From: Neoconidiobolus thromboides FSU 785
Taxonomy: Eukaryota; Fungi; Entomophthoromycota
Direction: 5' to 3'
Assembly (NCBI GenBank): GCA_025603075.1
Contig: MU626331.1
Span: 31,758 to 95,757, forward strand
DNA: 64,000 nucleotides
Shown: positions 63,619-64,000 of the stretch, piece by piece
Layout of the letters: the number at the start of each line of letters is the position of its first letter
Position numbering within the stretch: the first letter of the stretch is position 1
Notes under the pieces: model-generated
Databases searched by the model: none
The model's input: the letters and a program-made list of their open reading frames with translations, nothing else
What the model was told of the DNA's origin: nothing
Program-made: the position numbers and the translations under genes

Positions 63619-64000
63619 ATGAAAACAGTCCAAACTATCACTTCCTTAGTTTTGTTAAGTATAATATCCGGCGCTTCAGTGGAGCGTCGTAATTTTGGAA
63701 TTTTCAATGAATTTGATGTTTTTAAAAATATTTTTGGTGGACATAAAGAAGCACCTAAATATAATGATAACAAAGGAAAGTATGGAAAAAACAGCTACAA
63801 CCGTAGTACTAAAAACTATAACTATAGTACTATCGATAATAATCATAGTACTACCGTAAAATCTAGTACCCTAGTAATTTCTCCAAGTTCTACTCCAAGT
63901 CCTGTAACTACTCCAGCTCATACTGGTCCTGCTTCTTCTTCAGTCGCATCTACTAAGCCAGGTACCCCAACTACCAGTGTCGATTCCCCTGGTAAATCTA
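63619..64000 (+). CDS. Secreted Ser/Thr/Pro-rich protein, paralog of 61269 (runs off the window)
   Basis: Open from ATG 63619 to the window end, so absent from the ORF track: MKTVQTITSLVLLSIISGASVERRNFGIFNEFDVFKNIFGGHKEAPK...SSTPSPVTTPAHTGPASSS. Confidence 0.85.
   Translation, partial: MKTVQTITSLVLLSIISGASVERRNFGIFNEFDVFKNIFGGHKEAPKYNDNKGKYGKNSYNRSTKNYNYSTIDNNHSTTVKSSTLVISPSSTPSPVTTPAHTGPASSSVASTKPGTPTTSVDSPGKS

Overview
AT-rich eukaryotic (fungal) genomic DNA with short GT-AG introns (mostly about 45-80 nt, often with a CTAAY-like branch point). The low GC, expanded cAMP-receptor-like GPCR, RNI-like F-box and secreted tyrosinase point to an early-diverging fungus such as Entomophthorales/Conidiobolus (inference). 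I hand-assembled about 22 protein-coding genes, many spliced and so only partly shown in the ORF track: two Ras paralogs, THO2, tyrosinase, two arylformamidase-like hydrolases, two Zn2Cys6 factors, a 7TM receptor, SKI2, a P450, a Utp5-like protein, a STAS-less SulP, SDE2, a PQ-loop transporter, an F-box/LRR protein, three copies of an unnamed beta-rich family and three secreted proteins. There are four normal tRNA genes and one degenerate tRNA-Val. The most notable unexplained structures are: (1) a dispersed ~105-bp TIR-bounded MITE-like family with 11-12 copies, all outside coding exons and introns; (2) tandem secreted proteins sharing only a Kex2-site plus amphipathic 23-mer; (3) a hydrolase paralog lacking its HGGG oxyanion motif and carrying a ~205-aa repeat-containing insert; (4) a damaged tRNA-Val followed by a strand-specific G.U hairpin. 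No transposase, CRISPR array, rRNA or secondary-metabolite core enzyme was seen. All exon boundaries and alignments were done by eye.
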